44,306 bases of DNA, filler included, from Sphacelaria rigidula (GCA_964200075.2; 2 parts of 2 records of this genome joined end to end with filler, not necessarily neighbours in it); one strand, 5' to 3'; positions 1 through 15,300 are shown, counted from the first letter of the whole stretch. Numbers and translations: made by a program. The notes: generated from the letters alone by a model not told the origin.

Positions 1-320
1 CCCCCCCCCCCCCCACCCCCCACCACCCCAAACCCGGGAGAAACGACCTCCCCCCCCCCCCCCCCCCCCCCATCATTCCACCCTCTCCCAGTCCACCTTC
101 GGCCTCCTCTCCAGTGGCAGCACAATTAACGCTCACTCGGAGTCAGTCCACGAGTGCCTCGCGGATCGTGAACCTCCCCCCAAGCAACACATCCTCCATT
201 GAGCACCAATGCGTTGCCGAATGGAAAGCTTAACCAGTCAAGCAGACATTGAAGCTCTGCTTCGCCCACAATACCTATTCGCTCACCCCAGCGACGTATA
301 GGGACTACAGCACACAGATA

Positions 321-3300
321 TCAGCTGGCTGTGACCGAGGGCGGCGGCGGCTGTGGCTGCGGCGGCGGCGTGGGCACGAGAAGCTCGTCCGAACCCGTTT
401 TACCATCCTGTTCACGCCAGGAGTTCCCAGACGCGCGTATCGAGCGCAGCATCTTGGCCAGGGCTTCGGACGTGTCTCGGTCCCCCAATGCCAACCCCAC
501 CCTGGCTGAAAACTCATCGTCTCCTTCAAATCCCATCGCTTGCGGTGGTGATAACGCCTTCGGTGTCACGTCAGGACGAACTGTCACCGAGTCTTCTGAA
601 TATGACGCGCCGACGGCGCTCCCTGGAAATACAGGATATTGTGCTGGGCCCCCTCTTAACATTAACGCCGCAGGTGGGGTTGAAACTGAGGACGATGAGG
701 ATGGCGACTCCATTCTGAGAGCCTGCATGATATCGACTACTTCGGCTTCGGTCAGCTCGCCAAACCCCCCTTCGAGCGGCCCGGGCGATTCCATGTCTCC
801 GCGGGAATGACCGGCCCCGCCCGCCATACTAGCCGATACTGCGGCAGACGACGTGTACGGTGCGATCTGACCAGCACTATCGCTTCTAATCCCTCGGTTC
901 GTCGAAGTGGGAACGACAGCCTTTCCGGTATGGCTGGCGACAATGTTGTCCAGTGGTCCAACTATGGCCGATGGTGCATTTGTCCTTCTCATGCTGCCGA
1001 CGTCGCTCGTCGGTTCGTTGTGGCGTCGGACAGAAGCTGCCGCGATGAGACCCGGGGGTCGAGACAATAGGTCGTCCCAAAGGGTCTTCAAGAAGGATCG
1101 GAAAGCAGACTTGAGTGCGATGAGCTCTTGCGTGGCGGCGTCACCGGTCTTCCGGAATGTTTTGACTTCCCTTGCCGCCGACTCGCTCGCTCGCTTGAGA
1201 TTCCGCCACTCGATCTCGGCGTCAGCTTGCCAGCGCTGGCTTGATGCCCTGAACAGGTCGTACTCCTGGCGAACAGAAAGAAGCTAACCAGGAAAGGGGC
1301 ATCACGGGAAACGCAGCGGACAGAAGGAGCAGACATGGACGGTAGACGCGTGAACACGAAAAAAACTGTGATTTCATTGCAAAAACAAAATTACGACAGG
1401 AGCATGATCACGTCTCAGCCTGACGGTGCCGAGAGTAACGCATGAGCCAGGATGGGCAACGATGAGATCGCCATATGCTACACCAAACGGCCAACAGCGG
1501 ACGCAAACACTCTGTGGATAGCTGGCGGTCCTTTAACCTGATGACTCTGGCCGCCATCAGTAGTACGTTGCCTACGTTGACGCTGTGGAGGAGGCGGGAA
1601 CAATCCCTTATACGGAATTCACAGAAAGAAGAGCGAAAAACAGTGGAACAAGATCTTCGGTGCTTACAAGCAATCCCGTAGTATTTCGTCGGCAACACCA
1701 TACCATTCGGGTGTCCCGAAGGCTCTCAGTGACGCACGCAAGGTCGATACGGCTGGAGGTAGTGAATGCGCTACAGGCGAAGTGTTTATGACCTCAAATG
1801 GGGAAATCCCGCCAGACAATATCATAACGACAGGCAACATAACATGTCAACACCGATTACATGTTTGTTACTTCAGATGAGCACTAATACCTGTTTCTTG
1901 GTAGTCCGGTACGCGTCATCCTTGCGTGCCACCGCCGCGCGGAGTGAGCAGGCTTGCTGTTCCACCCGATGCAGCTCTGCAGTCCTTGTGTCCAGTTCAG
2001 CTGTCTTTTTCGCTAGTAGACCTTGCCGTGCGCGCATACTAGTCTGCAAGCGATCGCGCTCGGCTCGCAGGTCGCGCACGACCGTCTCCTGGGAGTTATT
2101 GCCCCCAGAACCGTTGCCATGGCCGCCATGACAGTCTTCGAGAGGTGTTTTCGAGTCTACACCGCTCACAGCAGCGCCGGTTGTAGCTCCTTCATTCGCG
2201 CTCTCCCTGGTGGAATCCGCGGTAGGGGCAGGAGCGGCCGCGAGGAGCCTCGTTATTTTCCTCGCGGCCTCGATCTCAGCTTCAAGCGCACAAATCTTCC
2301 CCCGCAGGGTCTGCAGTGCGTTGTCCTTGACACCCACGTCTTTGAGAGCGCGATTCAATCTCCCATCCACCACTGCAAGCTTTCTCTGTGACTGCTCGAG
2401 TTGTTTTTCAAGCGATGACTTCGCGGTGCGCAAGGCAGTTATGGTGCGAGCCCGTCGCTCCGAGTCTTCCCGTGCCGCTGCAAGCTGCGCTCGAGACTTC
2501 ACCGTCGCCTCTCCGGTTGCCGCCGCTTCCGCGCGAGTGCGGTTGGCTTTCCCCCCTTCAGCTCCCGGGAACAATACCCCCCCCGCAGCATTCCGAAGCC
2601 GGCCTGTTTCTCGCTTCAGCCTGGAAACCTGCTTCTGCAGTTCTTTCTCCCTAGCTCGTCCGTCCGAGGTGTTGGCCGCGCTTGCCCTTGAGGCGGCGAA
2701 GCGGAGAGCGGAAACTTCCCGCTGGACCTCGAGGATTTTCTCGTTCGCTGCTAGGCCTTCGTCTCTGAGTCTCTCCACTTCCACCTCTGCAGTTTCTAAA
2801 CGAGCTGCACAAGCGACACTTGCGAATACACCCACACCGGCACATGCATGCATGGCTTGGTTCCTACGGTCTTGGTCCTCCGTCTTCGGAGGACACACGC
2901 CGCCGTCGCCCTCTTCTGTAGCTGACGGGGCAGCGGCCGCGTTGCAGCCCTTGCTAGTACCCGACATGCTTCTTCGCAGCGCATCCGCCTCGGCTGCCCT
3001 AACTCTAAGGCCATACTCAGCTCGTTGGGCCCTACCCTTAGCCTCAAATGTCTCTTCATCCGCCGCTGCAAGCATATTTAAAAGCTCATCGACAGAAAAA
3101 GGGGCAGATACAGACGTCGGCGAAGGTGTGGAACTGTCGCCATCGCCACGGCCATTGCGTATAGCCGCCCGTCCCTTCATATGCTGTACACTACCCATCT
3201 TTCGTCGTGCCATGGCCTTAACCTTTATTCGTGCGCGTTGCGCCTTGCTCTCGAGCATTTCTACCCGCGCACGCTGAGCCTCAGCAGCGCGCTTCACCTC

Positions 3301-6300
3301 ATGCTTGACTTTCTCGACCTCCTGGACATGTACACGCCGTATGTCCTGCATTTCTTGCTCCTTCTCTGCCAAGCGATGTTCGGTGTTGCGCAGAGACTCT
3401 CGGAGCGAACATACCTCAACCTCTGCCTGTGAAGGTTCAGTAACCTTTGGTTCACCTGTTGGGTTTCCTCCTTGTGAAGTCGGCTGTTCCACCTCGCGGA
3501 CACGCGCGGTGGGGCGGTTCGACGACATGCGTTGCGCGTTGGTGACGACATCGTCTACCGCAAGTTCGTCTTCATCCACGTTCTCGCTCTTCTCGGGGAA
3601 TCGTCCACGCTTTATCCGTGTTCCCGCTGCGGTTGATGGCAGGTACTTGTCAGCAGCCCCGGCTGCTAGTGCACGCCGATATCTGAGGGGTCAAAAGTTG
3701 GTTACGAGATGCATGGCGAAAATCAGGATGAGAGGCGACTATTTCGACAAAAAGGGGTCGACATGCATCGAGACAGCTGCTCTCACTACGTTCTCAATGA
3801 ACAATATGTTCCTCTTGTCGTCGCAAGCCGAACTTCTATCGCACACGCTACGTCGAAAACACCGTCCTCTTCGTCATCGCTGTTGAGCTTACCTGTCTTT
3901 CAATACAGCGGTTGCCTGCCAGTAGCTTCGTTTTTGCCTGAGAAGTTGAGCTCTCAGTCGCTGCACCTCTCTCCGAAGCTCTTGTTGTATCGCATTGTCT
4001 TCCTGTCCGGGAAGGATAACGCGCGAGTCATCATCATTGGAAGCCGTGGAGTTTTTGCGACACTGTCGTACATGGCAAACGTTGCGATGGGCCGCTGTTC
4101 CTGATATCTGGCACCGTCCAACAACTTCCTACTTCTAATTTGTGCACGAATGCACTCAAACGCCGTTTACAGGTCGCGCGACAAAACGCCAAGCACACCA
4201 TCGCGCTTACTCATGAATCGTAACAGCCTATATATTTCCTCTTGCTTCAGAAGATACACTGTCGCAGTACCCACGTTCAATATCTCTTCAGTGCAAACAG
4301 CACGATCCCGCAGCTCCGCCACTTGACCCTTTAGCTCTCGCACAGCCTCGACCCAAGACGCGCGCGCCGAACGGAACACATGAGACACGGGAGAATGAGA
4401 TTTCATGCCATGGCTGTCGCCCTCGACGTCGTCCTTTTCCTGGCCTTTCCTTGCGGCGCATCTTCCATCTTCTCCAAGATCGCGGGCCATCCGAGCTAGT
4501 TGTGCCTCCAGCAATGCCACACTGTGGCTGAGGCCCTGATGCCCTTGCTTTTGTAGTTTCTGCGTCGCCGTCGTGTCAGCTTCCGCGAATGCTGGGGGCT
4601 GCGTATGAGATCGATCGAAACCGTCTGTCGACAACCCTCCGTCTTTGCCCGAACGACGGGAAGTTTGTTCATCTAGCCGACAGCGCTGATTGCTGACGCC
4701 TTCGACGTCGGAGTGCTCACCCGAGCCCTCTAGGCTATGGGCGACCGCGCCGGCATGTCTCGTCATCGGTGCCGCCGCCGGTGCCGGCACCTGTTCTTGT
4801 GCCCGTGCCTTGTTGTGCTCTGCGTTCCCCGATTGTCCGGCACGTGCAGCCTTGCGCTCGATTTCCACGCTTGGCATCAAGAACGACGCCCCGCGTCCTT
4901 GCTGGGAATCTGAGAATCGCATCGCTGTTCGTGTATCTCGTGTATCACGCGGTTGCGGCTGCTGCTGCTGCTGCTGCTGCTGCTGCGGCGGCGGCGGTAT
5001 CGGTCGACTGCAAAGGTTGCACACACCTCTTTCACCTTTGGAGAGAAGTCGAAGCGCTAGCCGCGATGCAGCTGAAGCGCTAGCCTCGCCAACGTCCCCT
5101 CGCGCGGCGGCCTCTGCAAGATCCAGCTCTAGTTGCATGATGGTGGCCGCTTGTGATATTTCCTTCTCTGCATGCTTCGCTGAAATTTGCTCGTGATCCA
5201 CCTTCACTGGCGTCCCTGTACCGGGGGCGAACTCGCCTCTATAATTAAGAGCGCATTCAAGACTATTGGTGCTTCGGTGCCCTGCCAAAGTGGACCGAGG
5301 TGTGGCTGATGCCCCAGTAAGGCAAATAGTCTTCATCTGCTCGCCCTTTAACTCCTCGATACGGCGGTCAAGCCGACGAATCTTGTGCCTTAGCTCTGCC
5401 TCGCTAGCAGAAGCCGCTTGCAGGCGCCGCTGGAGGTCGGCCTCTGTGACCTTGGCAGCAGTCTTGAAAGGGCACGAAACATGAGTACGTGCAAGCAAAA
5501 ATGTTCAACGTGATTGCCGTTGTAGATCTCGAATGAAAACATACAGTAGGATGGGGATCTGAACAACAACGAAGACCGGACGATTCGTGTGATATTCGCC
5601 ACGTAAACGTAAGGTAGGCCGGATTACGCGGTATACCGACGCACTCGCCGTGGCGAAGAAGCTACATGAATAGGTGCCGACGACCAACCTGTTGATAAAA
5701 AACAACGATCTGGCAGCTTGTGTAGTCAGCGCTTCGTATCGTGGTGTACTGGGTTAGATCGTGGGATAACTACAAGAGCCCTCTTACGACAGCATATATG
5801 TTCATTGGTAGATGCGATGCGATAGCATGTTAAATGGTGCCGCGAGACTGCCATGGCCATCTCCGACTGAAGCGGTTCTGACCTCCGGCTGACTCTTATC
5901 TAGGCTCTGCAGAGTATATGCAGTGGGTTGTTCTCAGCTTTTCTTACCCACAAGCGGCACCTTCCACACCACCTTCTGTCAACTCCTTACAGTGTGTCTC
6001 CCTGGTTAGCTTGATCACCACCACCGTCAGCCTTTGCGACCATCTGTGAGAGTACCCAGAGACGTTCTTGTTCCCTAATACAAAGCGCTCAATTTGCGTA
6101 AAGCTCACCATAATCTTCGCAAACCGCCTCGCCTCTTCCCTCGATCGCTCCCATTCAACAGGCCCTGTACTCCTCAGCGCTTGATCACCACCCTCACCAC
6201 ATTCGGTGGAAACATCTGGCATGGTCACGCCCCTTCTCGTAACCTCAAGCAAACGACCCAGCTCCTCCAGCGCCGCTTCCTGAACTTCACGCGCAAGCCT

Positions 6301-9300
6301 CGCCGTCAGGGCTTCGGCTTTTGCCTTTGTCGCTTCCTGTTGATTTCCACGAACAGTTGTGCGGAAGTCTACCATAAAAGATTACAAAGCTTCGGACCCA
6401 TGAAACAGTAGGCGGAAAATAGTTTGCCAAGGTCCGGGGGTACTGCCGAGCGAACGCTCGAGAACACTAGACAAATATCGCCATACACCAGGGCGTCAAT
6501 CTGACGTGTGATATACTTTGTCACCACCAGAAGGACTCTATTCTACAGATGCGCATTCTGGAGTCGTGATTCTCAATGGAGGCTTTCTTTGAATTATGCG
6601 GCGCACGTAAAATGCCACACTTTCAACGTCCACAACATGCTAAACATACAGGTATGAGTAAGCAGACTGAAAAGGAGGGAATTGAACACACGTCAATCCC
6701 GTCAGTATTCATTCACCTGGACAACGGCTTGCCGCTCCTCCTCCGCTTCTGCTTTTGCGCCCACCGCTGTCTTGAGATCAATCGCCAAGCCATTACACAT
6801 CCGGCGCAGTGCCTCCCTCTCTTCCTCAGCAGCCTCTCGCAACCCCCGTTCCCTCGCGAAAGCACCTTCCTTTCCGTTGGCAGGTGCCTGTCCTCGCTCC
6901 TTACGGCTTCCCCCGCTATCGCCCCACCCCAGCACATCTGACGGAGAACTTTTGGACCTCAATCTGTGCGTGCTCTCGGTGCTGTCATCAAATCCGCTGC
7001 GGATCTTACCTGCCGAGCGCTCACGTTCCAGCTGTTGATTTCGCCGTTCTAACTCTGCTAATTCGGCACCAAGTCGCAGGATATCGGCATGAGCGGCGCC
7101 GAGCTGCGACTTAAATCGCTCGCGCTCTTCGGCCAGGCATTCGTTGGCATCCCGCAGGTCTCCCTCGGCTCGGCGCTGCACCGTCTCTCGGGCGGATTGG
7201 ATCCGGCGATCAGCCGCTTCTCGAGCATCCCTCTGTGACCGACGCGAATGGGGATGACAGGGTGCGCTTTGTGAAGGAGAAACGCTACAACACGTTGGAT
7301 ACTTTACAGCCACACCATACTAGGTTCGGCTCACCCTACGATCCAATCAACGCAGCTGAGGGCGCTGGTATAATTTCGTTATATCTCGGGGTGCATTCAT
7401 TGTACTTTGATAGTTCATAAATTTACATCCAACGCATGTGAACCCACAGCCGCGGCGTCTAGTATTGCAACCTAGAATACACTGCGGCCCACTACAAGGG
7501 TATCATGCAGTTACTTGCACGGCGTTTGATGCTGACGTATGGCGGACGGTAGCCGGTGATCAAGAGAAAAAATGGAGGTCCCGCTTCAAACACCAATAAA
7601 GTGCCCAACGCTGCACCATGACTTAGATCAAATGTATTTCGCATTCATTTCGATTCACCTCGTCCTCCCGAACTTTTCCCACCAGTGCGCGGAGCGCCGA
7701 AACTTCCTCTCGTAGCTCTGCAACTTTGTCACGAGCACAGAGCAACTCGGTGGTGGCAGCTAAGGCACCAGCATCCACTCGATTGTTGCCTCCCATGATA
7801 GAAACCTTCGGGGTTGGGCGCACACTCGCTGCCGTCGCTGCCGCTGCCACCGACCGACGTCGCTTTGCCTCCATAGCTGGGATGACGAATTCCCCGTGCC
7901 AGCGCTCCAAGATAGACCGCAGATGTAGAACTTCTCCTCTCACACGCGCCAGGTATTGCTCTTGGACTAGGAGACGCTCCTCGACGATGGCTTGTTCCGC
8001 TCGCCCGGCTATGAGCGCTTGCGCCATTGCATCTTCCCCAGTTACCCCGAGATTCACACCCACGTCACCCCGAAAGTACCGGTGGTTTTCATGGTGCGAT
8101 GGCAAGGATCGGGATGGGTCGGGGGTGAAAGTGGTGCCAACCGCGGCAGCTTCATCGGCTGCGCCGGAGCTGCCCCAGTCAAGAGCAATGCCGTTATGAA
8201 GATGCATCTGCGAGTGGGAGGAGGGAAGGGGAGGTCGACGGGCATGCAACTCACGGGTAGTAGTCATCAAATTGCCGTCTTCAAGTGCGTGGGGAAATTG
8301 ACCAGGGAAATATAATCAAGAGACATATCCCGAGTAGGTTGGCGCTTTTCAAGAACCATGCAGTTTGAAGCTTTTACAAAAACAAATGCACCCCTCTCTG
8401 TTATTCGTCGAAGCAACAAGCCAAGTGCTCGTGTGTGCAATAACACAGCATCACGTATTTGGCACCGAGAAACAGCTGTCGTATCAAACTACCAGGCGTT
8501 CATGTTTCACTTCACCAGATCGTCGTGCCACCATCGCCCAATATCCGCCCTGATCTCCCGCCTCCATTCCAGCGCATCCGCCCGCACTCTATCCGTCGCC
8601 ATGGTTTTATGCCTCTCCAATTCCGCCTTGAGAACATCCACTGCGGCACGAGCACCGGCCGCCTCCACCTCAGCCGCCGCCGCTCGCTCCGTTGCCGTCA
8701 TCTCACCGACTTCCGCCGCCGCCCTTGCCGCCTCAGCCGCCACGAGATCTTCCACGGCAGCCGCCAGACGTTTCTCCAGGAGAGAAAATGCGGCGACCGT
8801 GCAAGTTCCCGGTCCATGACCGCCGACGCCACCCTCCCACGAACCAGCGGCATTATTTCTGTTGAGTGAAGTCACAGCGAACACGGTACCACCGCTGCTG
8901 CCATCTGCAAAGCAAAACGAGTTGTCGACATCAGCTGCCGGAACGCTACCCGCTGATGAAGCCATAGTGACCACGTGGCACGAAGCAACCACTGCGGCCT
9001 CCGCTGCTGTCACCCGAGCCAACAAGCGTGCGCGCTCTACGCGCGCTTCGTCTAGAGCGGTTTTCCGATCTCGCGCATCTTGACGGGCACCGCGCAGCTC
9101 CCACTCAAGAGCACGGGCGCGCCGGACCGCGCGGGAACACTCGTTGCCAAGGCTCACCATGGTTTCTTGTATGAATGCCGCCACGCCACGCTGGCGCTCG
9201 CTGCGATTCGTGATATCTGCATCGTCTGAATCTGTTTTGAGACTTTTTGACTGTCGGGATGATCTTCTGGGTAAAGGCATTTCTTGGTTGGCAACGTACG

Positions 9301-12300
9301 AGCGCCACTGCTCTGTAAGTTGGGCAATGGCACCGGCCATCGGCGAAGCAGCCGTCAACATGCTCGTCGATGAAGCCCCCGGCTCACCCTCGACAGCACC
9401 ACTGTGCGACCGTGAAGTTGACTCGAAGCCGCAAAGCCGGTGGGCGAGCTCGTTTAGCCTCGCGATATGTTCGTCTGAAAGATGGGTGAGTTCGCCCTGG
9501 TGGCGCTCACGCCCTTTTTGCAGCTCGGTCTCTAGGGCATGCCCCTCGTCAATTGCCGACTGCAACCTATGCCGGGCGTTGACTGTCCCCAGCTCTGCAT
9601 CGCGGAGAGCTCTCCTAAGTGACATTGTGGGAACGGAAGTTTCAATTGGCTGTGTATACCTCATGAATGGTGTCCTGCTCACAATGTGGATACAACCATA
9701 CGTTCAAGTTAAGCGTTGTGTGGATACAATATATCTGTATTTGATGAAACAAATACAAACGCATACCGCCACGTCTGGCCCGCGTACGATTGCCAGCTGC
9801 TTTCTAAGAGTCACCGTTTCAGCCGGCCAGTCCAATATCATAAACCCGCGGCTACCTATATCGACCCACGCCAAAAGGTTCTTTAACGCTCTGAGCCACG
9901 TAGATGGACAGCACCGCATAGAGTCACTTGGAGTAAATGACACGGAACGCGTGTATTATCTACCCCCATCCACAACTTGTTACTCGGATCCAATGAGGCA
10001 TGACTCCGGTGTTTCACCCCGGCGCTTCACGAAATGTTCACAGTGTCGGTTTAGTCGTGCATCGAATGAAGAAAAATCTGCATCGATGTAAAGTGAATGA
10101 AGTTTTACCGCAGTTTTGATCCTTCTTCGCCTGCTTCACGAAGGCGCACAGCACTCTCCGCCTGCATCTGCTTCAACGCCGCAGCCATCTTGCCTCGTTC
10201 CAGATCGAGCAAGCGATATTTCTCCAAAAGATCGATCAACTTCGCCCGCGTAGTGTTCAGCTCTCTCTCCTTGCGCTCCATCTCCGCTGCATCACGGTCG
10301 GCTCGTCTTTCCTTGGCCCACGCGCGCCCCATCGTAGCCGTGAGGCGTGTTGCGAGTGCCACGCAGTGTCGCACTAGTCCTTGCGCGCCGATGTGACTGA
10401 GGATAGCCACCCCACCGTCCACATCGACAGCGCAGTCGTCCCACGCGGCAAGAGAGTGAGCTCCCGATGCGGCGTGCTTTCCACCGCGACCTGCTCGACC
10501 ACACGGGCTTGCGCTGCGCCCGCGCCTGAGACCGATGCCACTACGTCGTAGGTCACCGTCAAATTCTCGAGGTGACGACAGAGCTGACGTTGGCGGCACC
10601 TGTAGAGCGCCGACGGTCGCAGTTAGCACGCCCACTTGTGCATTTTTTTCAGCGAGCAGAGAGTCAAGTCTCGCGCAATTCAAACAAGAGTCGTTGGTTT
10701 TGCCAAGGAAGTTGGTGATGCTAATTTCCGTCTTCAACGCTGTTGCTGCAGCGGTATTACCGGCGCCGGATCTGACACCCGACAACGACCCTGCCACACT
10801 AGCATCGCCGTTGTCGTGAGTTCCGTCGTCGGCGTGACCGTCGGCTCCCTTGGATATGTGGAACCTTAAGCTGTTGGAGCGGAGGTGGCTCCGCAAGTCG
10901 GCGGCGTGGGCTCTGAGTGCCTCGATTTCGCTTGTTGCGCGGAGCAGCTCCCTACGCAACGTGTCCACTTCGGTTTGTTGCCGACCTGAACCAAGGGCAA
11001 CGCCGACAGCCGGTCCATGTTGACGGTCGTCTTCCATCTTTCGCTGAAGGGCCTCGGTGCGGCGCCGTTGCGTGAGCAGTTCCTTCTTCAGGCTGCAAAT
11101 GGGTTGTGAACAGTAAAAAGAGGTACAGTAAGATGCGATGTCAGCCTTGAAGAGACATCTAGACGAACACAATACAACGACATCGATATCGTACAACGTC
11201 GTTGAGGTTATTATCGCACGCTGCCGCCATTTTCGGCTCGATAGCTTGTATTTACCCATGTTCTCGAATCTCAAGTGTCGATATGGAGGGGTGATAGATT
11301 GAACACCATCAGTTGTTCTCGGGCTTGTTTTCCTGTTTCAAATAATCACTCAGCTCTTAGTTGGATGTGAACTGTGGATGCACACTTTTTCCACACAATA
11401 ATTTCTTCGGGTACGCGTCTACACCAAACATCAGCTCCAACTCACGACAACAAAAGATGGTATGGCTTCATGTATGTTGCAAGGCACGCTGAGAATAAAC
11501 AAAGACAACAGGGGTGGGCCCAAACAAAACAGAAGCACAGATAATCGCACTCCGACCCCTCGCAGGACAAAACCCGCACCCTTCGACCTCGTCCTCTAAG
11601 GCACGACGACGGCCTGACTCCATCGCTACCGCTGCCTCCTGTACCGCAGCCTCCTCCCAGTCATTGCTCTGTCTTTCCGCTTGCCCTTCTATTCTGTTTC
11701 CCGCTCGTCTAGTTTCGCCACGCGCAGTCATATCGATATCAGCGGAATCGGCCGGTTCACCGCGTGCTTCTCGTGCGAGTCGGGCGCAACGTGCGTGCAT
11801 GTTCCGGATATCATCCTCCAGCGCCTAAGGGGACAGGCGGAGATCGTTCGCATCAGCTATGCGATGCAACAATAATCACCTAGAGGTTCTGCCAACATAC
11901 AAAGACTGCAAAGGCGGTCCTCAACAATACTGGGTGCGTCAGAAAATACACGACGTAGTGCACCGCGAACTCAGATTCTCTTTAAAAGCGGATGCAGTCA
12001 ATGGTATTATAATAGGCCAATCGGTTACTTCTCTTGCAAGCGTCAACCGCGTGTGGCCGTGAAGACTTGATTACCGAGCTACATAGCGGCACTGGTGGCA
12101 CACCGACCGCAGAGGTATCACACATCGCATCGATTCACCTGAACGTGCTGGGATTGCCTCAGAGCCGTGCCGACGAAGGATTCAATCAGAGAAGATGCGC
12201 TCACGCCTCCCGGAACGCCTCGAAGGGTGTCAGCCACTGCGATTCTGTCCAGCTTCCCTTGCAAGTCCTCGGCCCGTGACAGCGCGGCTGCAGACCGCTC

Positions 12301-15300
12301 CTTTTCCTCCTCCTGCGAATGCCGGGAGTCATAAGGGCGGTGCCACAAGATACGGAGGCTGACAAAGCCTGCACAAGTCGGGTGGTGGCTATCGTGCGGT
12401 GTTGGTATAAATACGGCACACAGCGGGGGGGAAAAGGCAAGAAAAGGCATCTGTTGCTTTTCCTACAATGTGCTTCCGCAGCGAAGCCAGTACCTTGTCC
12501 GTGCTATATCTAAGTAATGTTCACCACCCTTGACGATGAAGACCACTTCTCAGAAATTCCTTGCATTCATTATTCCTAGGCTAAAGCTCATGACTGACGA
12601 GACTTTGAGCGCATGGAATAAGTTATCATGCCGATGACCACCCACACTCCTCGTGCCGTCGATTGCCAGCACCCCCCTCCGCCCCGCCCCCGCCCCCGGA
12701 AAAAGCATCCTGAACGCACAGTGTGTGGCACACTTTTAAGAAATAACTGAGAGACACTTCTGCATGCACTACGAGCGAGCTCGCAAATCAAACTGAAGGG
12801 TCACTACGGAACACTCACAAGTAGTTGAGAATGAAGATTGGCGTTGCCTTCGGCGCGAACAACGTCCAGCTTGCCAGCCGTGACCTCATCACGCGCAGCC
12901 GCCAGCTCCTCGTGTATGTCTTCCCGTGCGCGCAGCTTCGCTACTTGGATTTCCAGTTCACTCACGCGTGTACTCCCCTCCATTTTGCTCGTGCGGAGCG
13001 CGTGGTTCAGAGTCACAATCCGCCGCTCAGCGGCAGCCTCTCGCTCTGTTTGCTCCGCCATCTTTTCCCTTGACGCGATCTCCACCTGCAGCATTTTCTG
13101 ACGCAAAGTGACCACTTCCAAACCCTGGTCGCGCAGCAGCTGACGCAATCGCTCGATCGTACATTTTCTCTCCGCACCGGTCGGCTCCAACGCACTCGTG
13201 TAACCCACTGAATCTCGCGTTTCCGGCCGCGCGGCAGATGCGTAGTCATCTCGTTTCTCGGCAGCCACGGCCAGACTCATCCACCACTCCTGAGCGCCGA
13301 GGAATTCTTGCAAACCCTTCGGAGTTGGAGACGGGAGGTGCGACCGCGCTGCGGTTGCCGGCTCGGTGTTGCTGTCCTCCGACACGAGCGGTATGTTGGC
13401 GCTGCCGACCGTTTTGTCAGTACAGGTGGAAGCGTCAACAACACAGCTGCTTCCGCCCGCGCCATCCGCATGGCTTCTACCGCTGTCCGTGTCCTTGTAA
13501 AGCTTGCTATGAGCGCTCAATTTCGCGTTCGCTTGTCGCAGTTGTTCTTCTCTCTCGAGTATGGTGCGGCGAGCCGTCTCCTGCAAGTGCTCGAGGGTAC
13601 GTAATTTCGCCGCCAGTGTTGCCTCACGCTCGCGCGCTTCCCCCTGTTCTCTTTGACGTGCCTTCAGGACTTCGTCCAACGCGGCGCCCTTCTGCGTCAG
13701 GTCGGCAGCTTGGGCGGACAGCGCAAACTGACACACAAGGACGATAGAGGTAGAGGCAAACCGCCAGGAGGAAAAGCAATGCGCACTCGTCATAAATTGA
13801 ATTTTTTTTACGGTATGTTTCCGTACGTATTATATATATATATATATATCTTGCGGAACCGTGCTCGTCCGACAACAAAATCGTTAACTCGACAGACCTA
13901 CTACGGAGGGAAAATATGCCTCGACTTGATCGTGTGCTATTGTGCTCGTTCTGCACTCATGACAGTGGACGTAGCTGACGTGTACATTACGCTGGTGGAT
14001 ACAGTACGCGTTCAGCCCGGCGAATAACGATGGTTCTCTGTCTCACTGCATGTAGTTCGTAAAATGTGTAACCGCTGCAACGCTACGTGTGGCGGTCGCC
14101 TCAAGCAACGCCGATAGCGTATACTTCTCTTTTTCAGGTATTACCTTCAGTTGGGCCACTCGATTTCGAAGCTCCTCAACCGCTTGCCCATTCGTAGTGC
14201 CATCCTCCCACGTGCAGACCGTTCTCCATGCGTCCGGGCAATTCCTCTCCTCATCTGCTTCCTTGAAAGAGCCTGTCGCCTCGCGCACATCCGGAGGTTG
14301 TGCGATAGGGGGTTGGGCTGCCCTCAGCCGTGCGACCTGCAAACAACATCACAAGGTCCTGAGATAAGGGTGTCTTCGTTGCCGGTGCTCTCACGTATGT
14401 CTATCGCTTATGAAGGAGAGTCTGCAAAATGTTGGAGCGTGAGTCTGCTTCGTGCTCGGTGTATATGAAAGTTGATGGTGGTAATGACGTGTGGTGCAAC
14501 GCATTCGATTGTCATCCTTCCGACATGGGATATTGTATTTTCGTTTCACCCAACACCATCAGGTTACAGAGCTACGGTCAGCATTTGCGCTATTACAAAT
14601 CAGCAGGATGTTCCACAGTCCCAACGCAAATTTAGTAGCCTACCCATTACTTCATCCTATATCTCCACACTGACTCATTTGTTGGTCTAGGGATACATAT
14701 ATTCCGTTGGCTTTGTGTAGCTGAACCTTTCATCAATTATATTTCCCGGCTGAACCGCGTCGCTCTTTGTCTTCTGCTCATTTTCGGGGCAGAGTGTCAA
14801 CCGCTCGATTCCTCCTGCGGTCCCTGTTCCCAGATTTTGTCGCCCGCTGACAGCCCCGCGTGCTCTTGGAGGTCGCTTTGGTGGGCGTGATTAGACGCAA
14901 AATGGACATGGGGTGCTTGACAGGAGTGCTTCAAGAGGACAGAGTTCTAGCTAATAGGCGTGTGGCAGCCTTTCGCGATGGTTGAGGGAGGAAGGTGCAC
15001 GTGTTCTGTGTGTGAACGCACGTCGGACGGATCAGATCGTGACAGATCCGGGTCGGCTCATTTGGGTTATAGACCGTGATCTGTCTGAGGTGTGCTGTCA
15101 CCTTTGCAAATTTGTCCGATGGGGATCTGTAAGGATCGCTTGGTCCATACATGTTTGCCGAGTGACAAGCTGTATGACCCGATCCACACACACACTCTCA
15201 TGCAGAAATGATTTGCAAAGATCTGTCATCTGTACAACATCACATAGTTATAATCTAAATAACTTTGGTTCATTCAAACGCAGCAGCTTCTCGTCGGCCC

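Noticed and set aside
1-71. Poly-C tracts here and G-tracts at 42203-42350 as G-quadruplex elements
   Set aside because: They are low-complexity runs at the window edge or beside an N gap, so their lengths are unreliable and there is no functional evidence.
1408-1701. Extra exon of the coiled-coil gene
   Set aside because: Exons ending at 1891 and starting at 1265 already join in phase 0, and this ORF lacks coiled-coil character.
2210-10091. Long plus-strand ORFs (2210-3277, 3305-3886, 9144-10091 and others)
   Set aside because: They are antisense shadows of GC-rich coiled-coil exons, with S/A/R-rich translations and no motifs.
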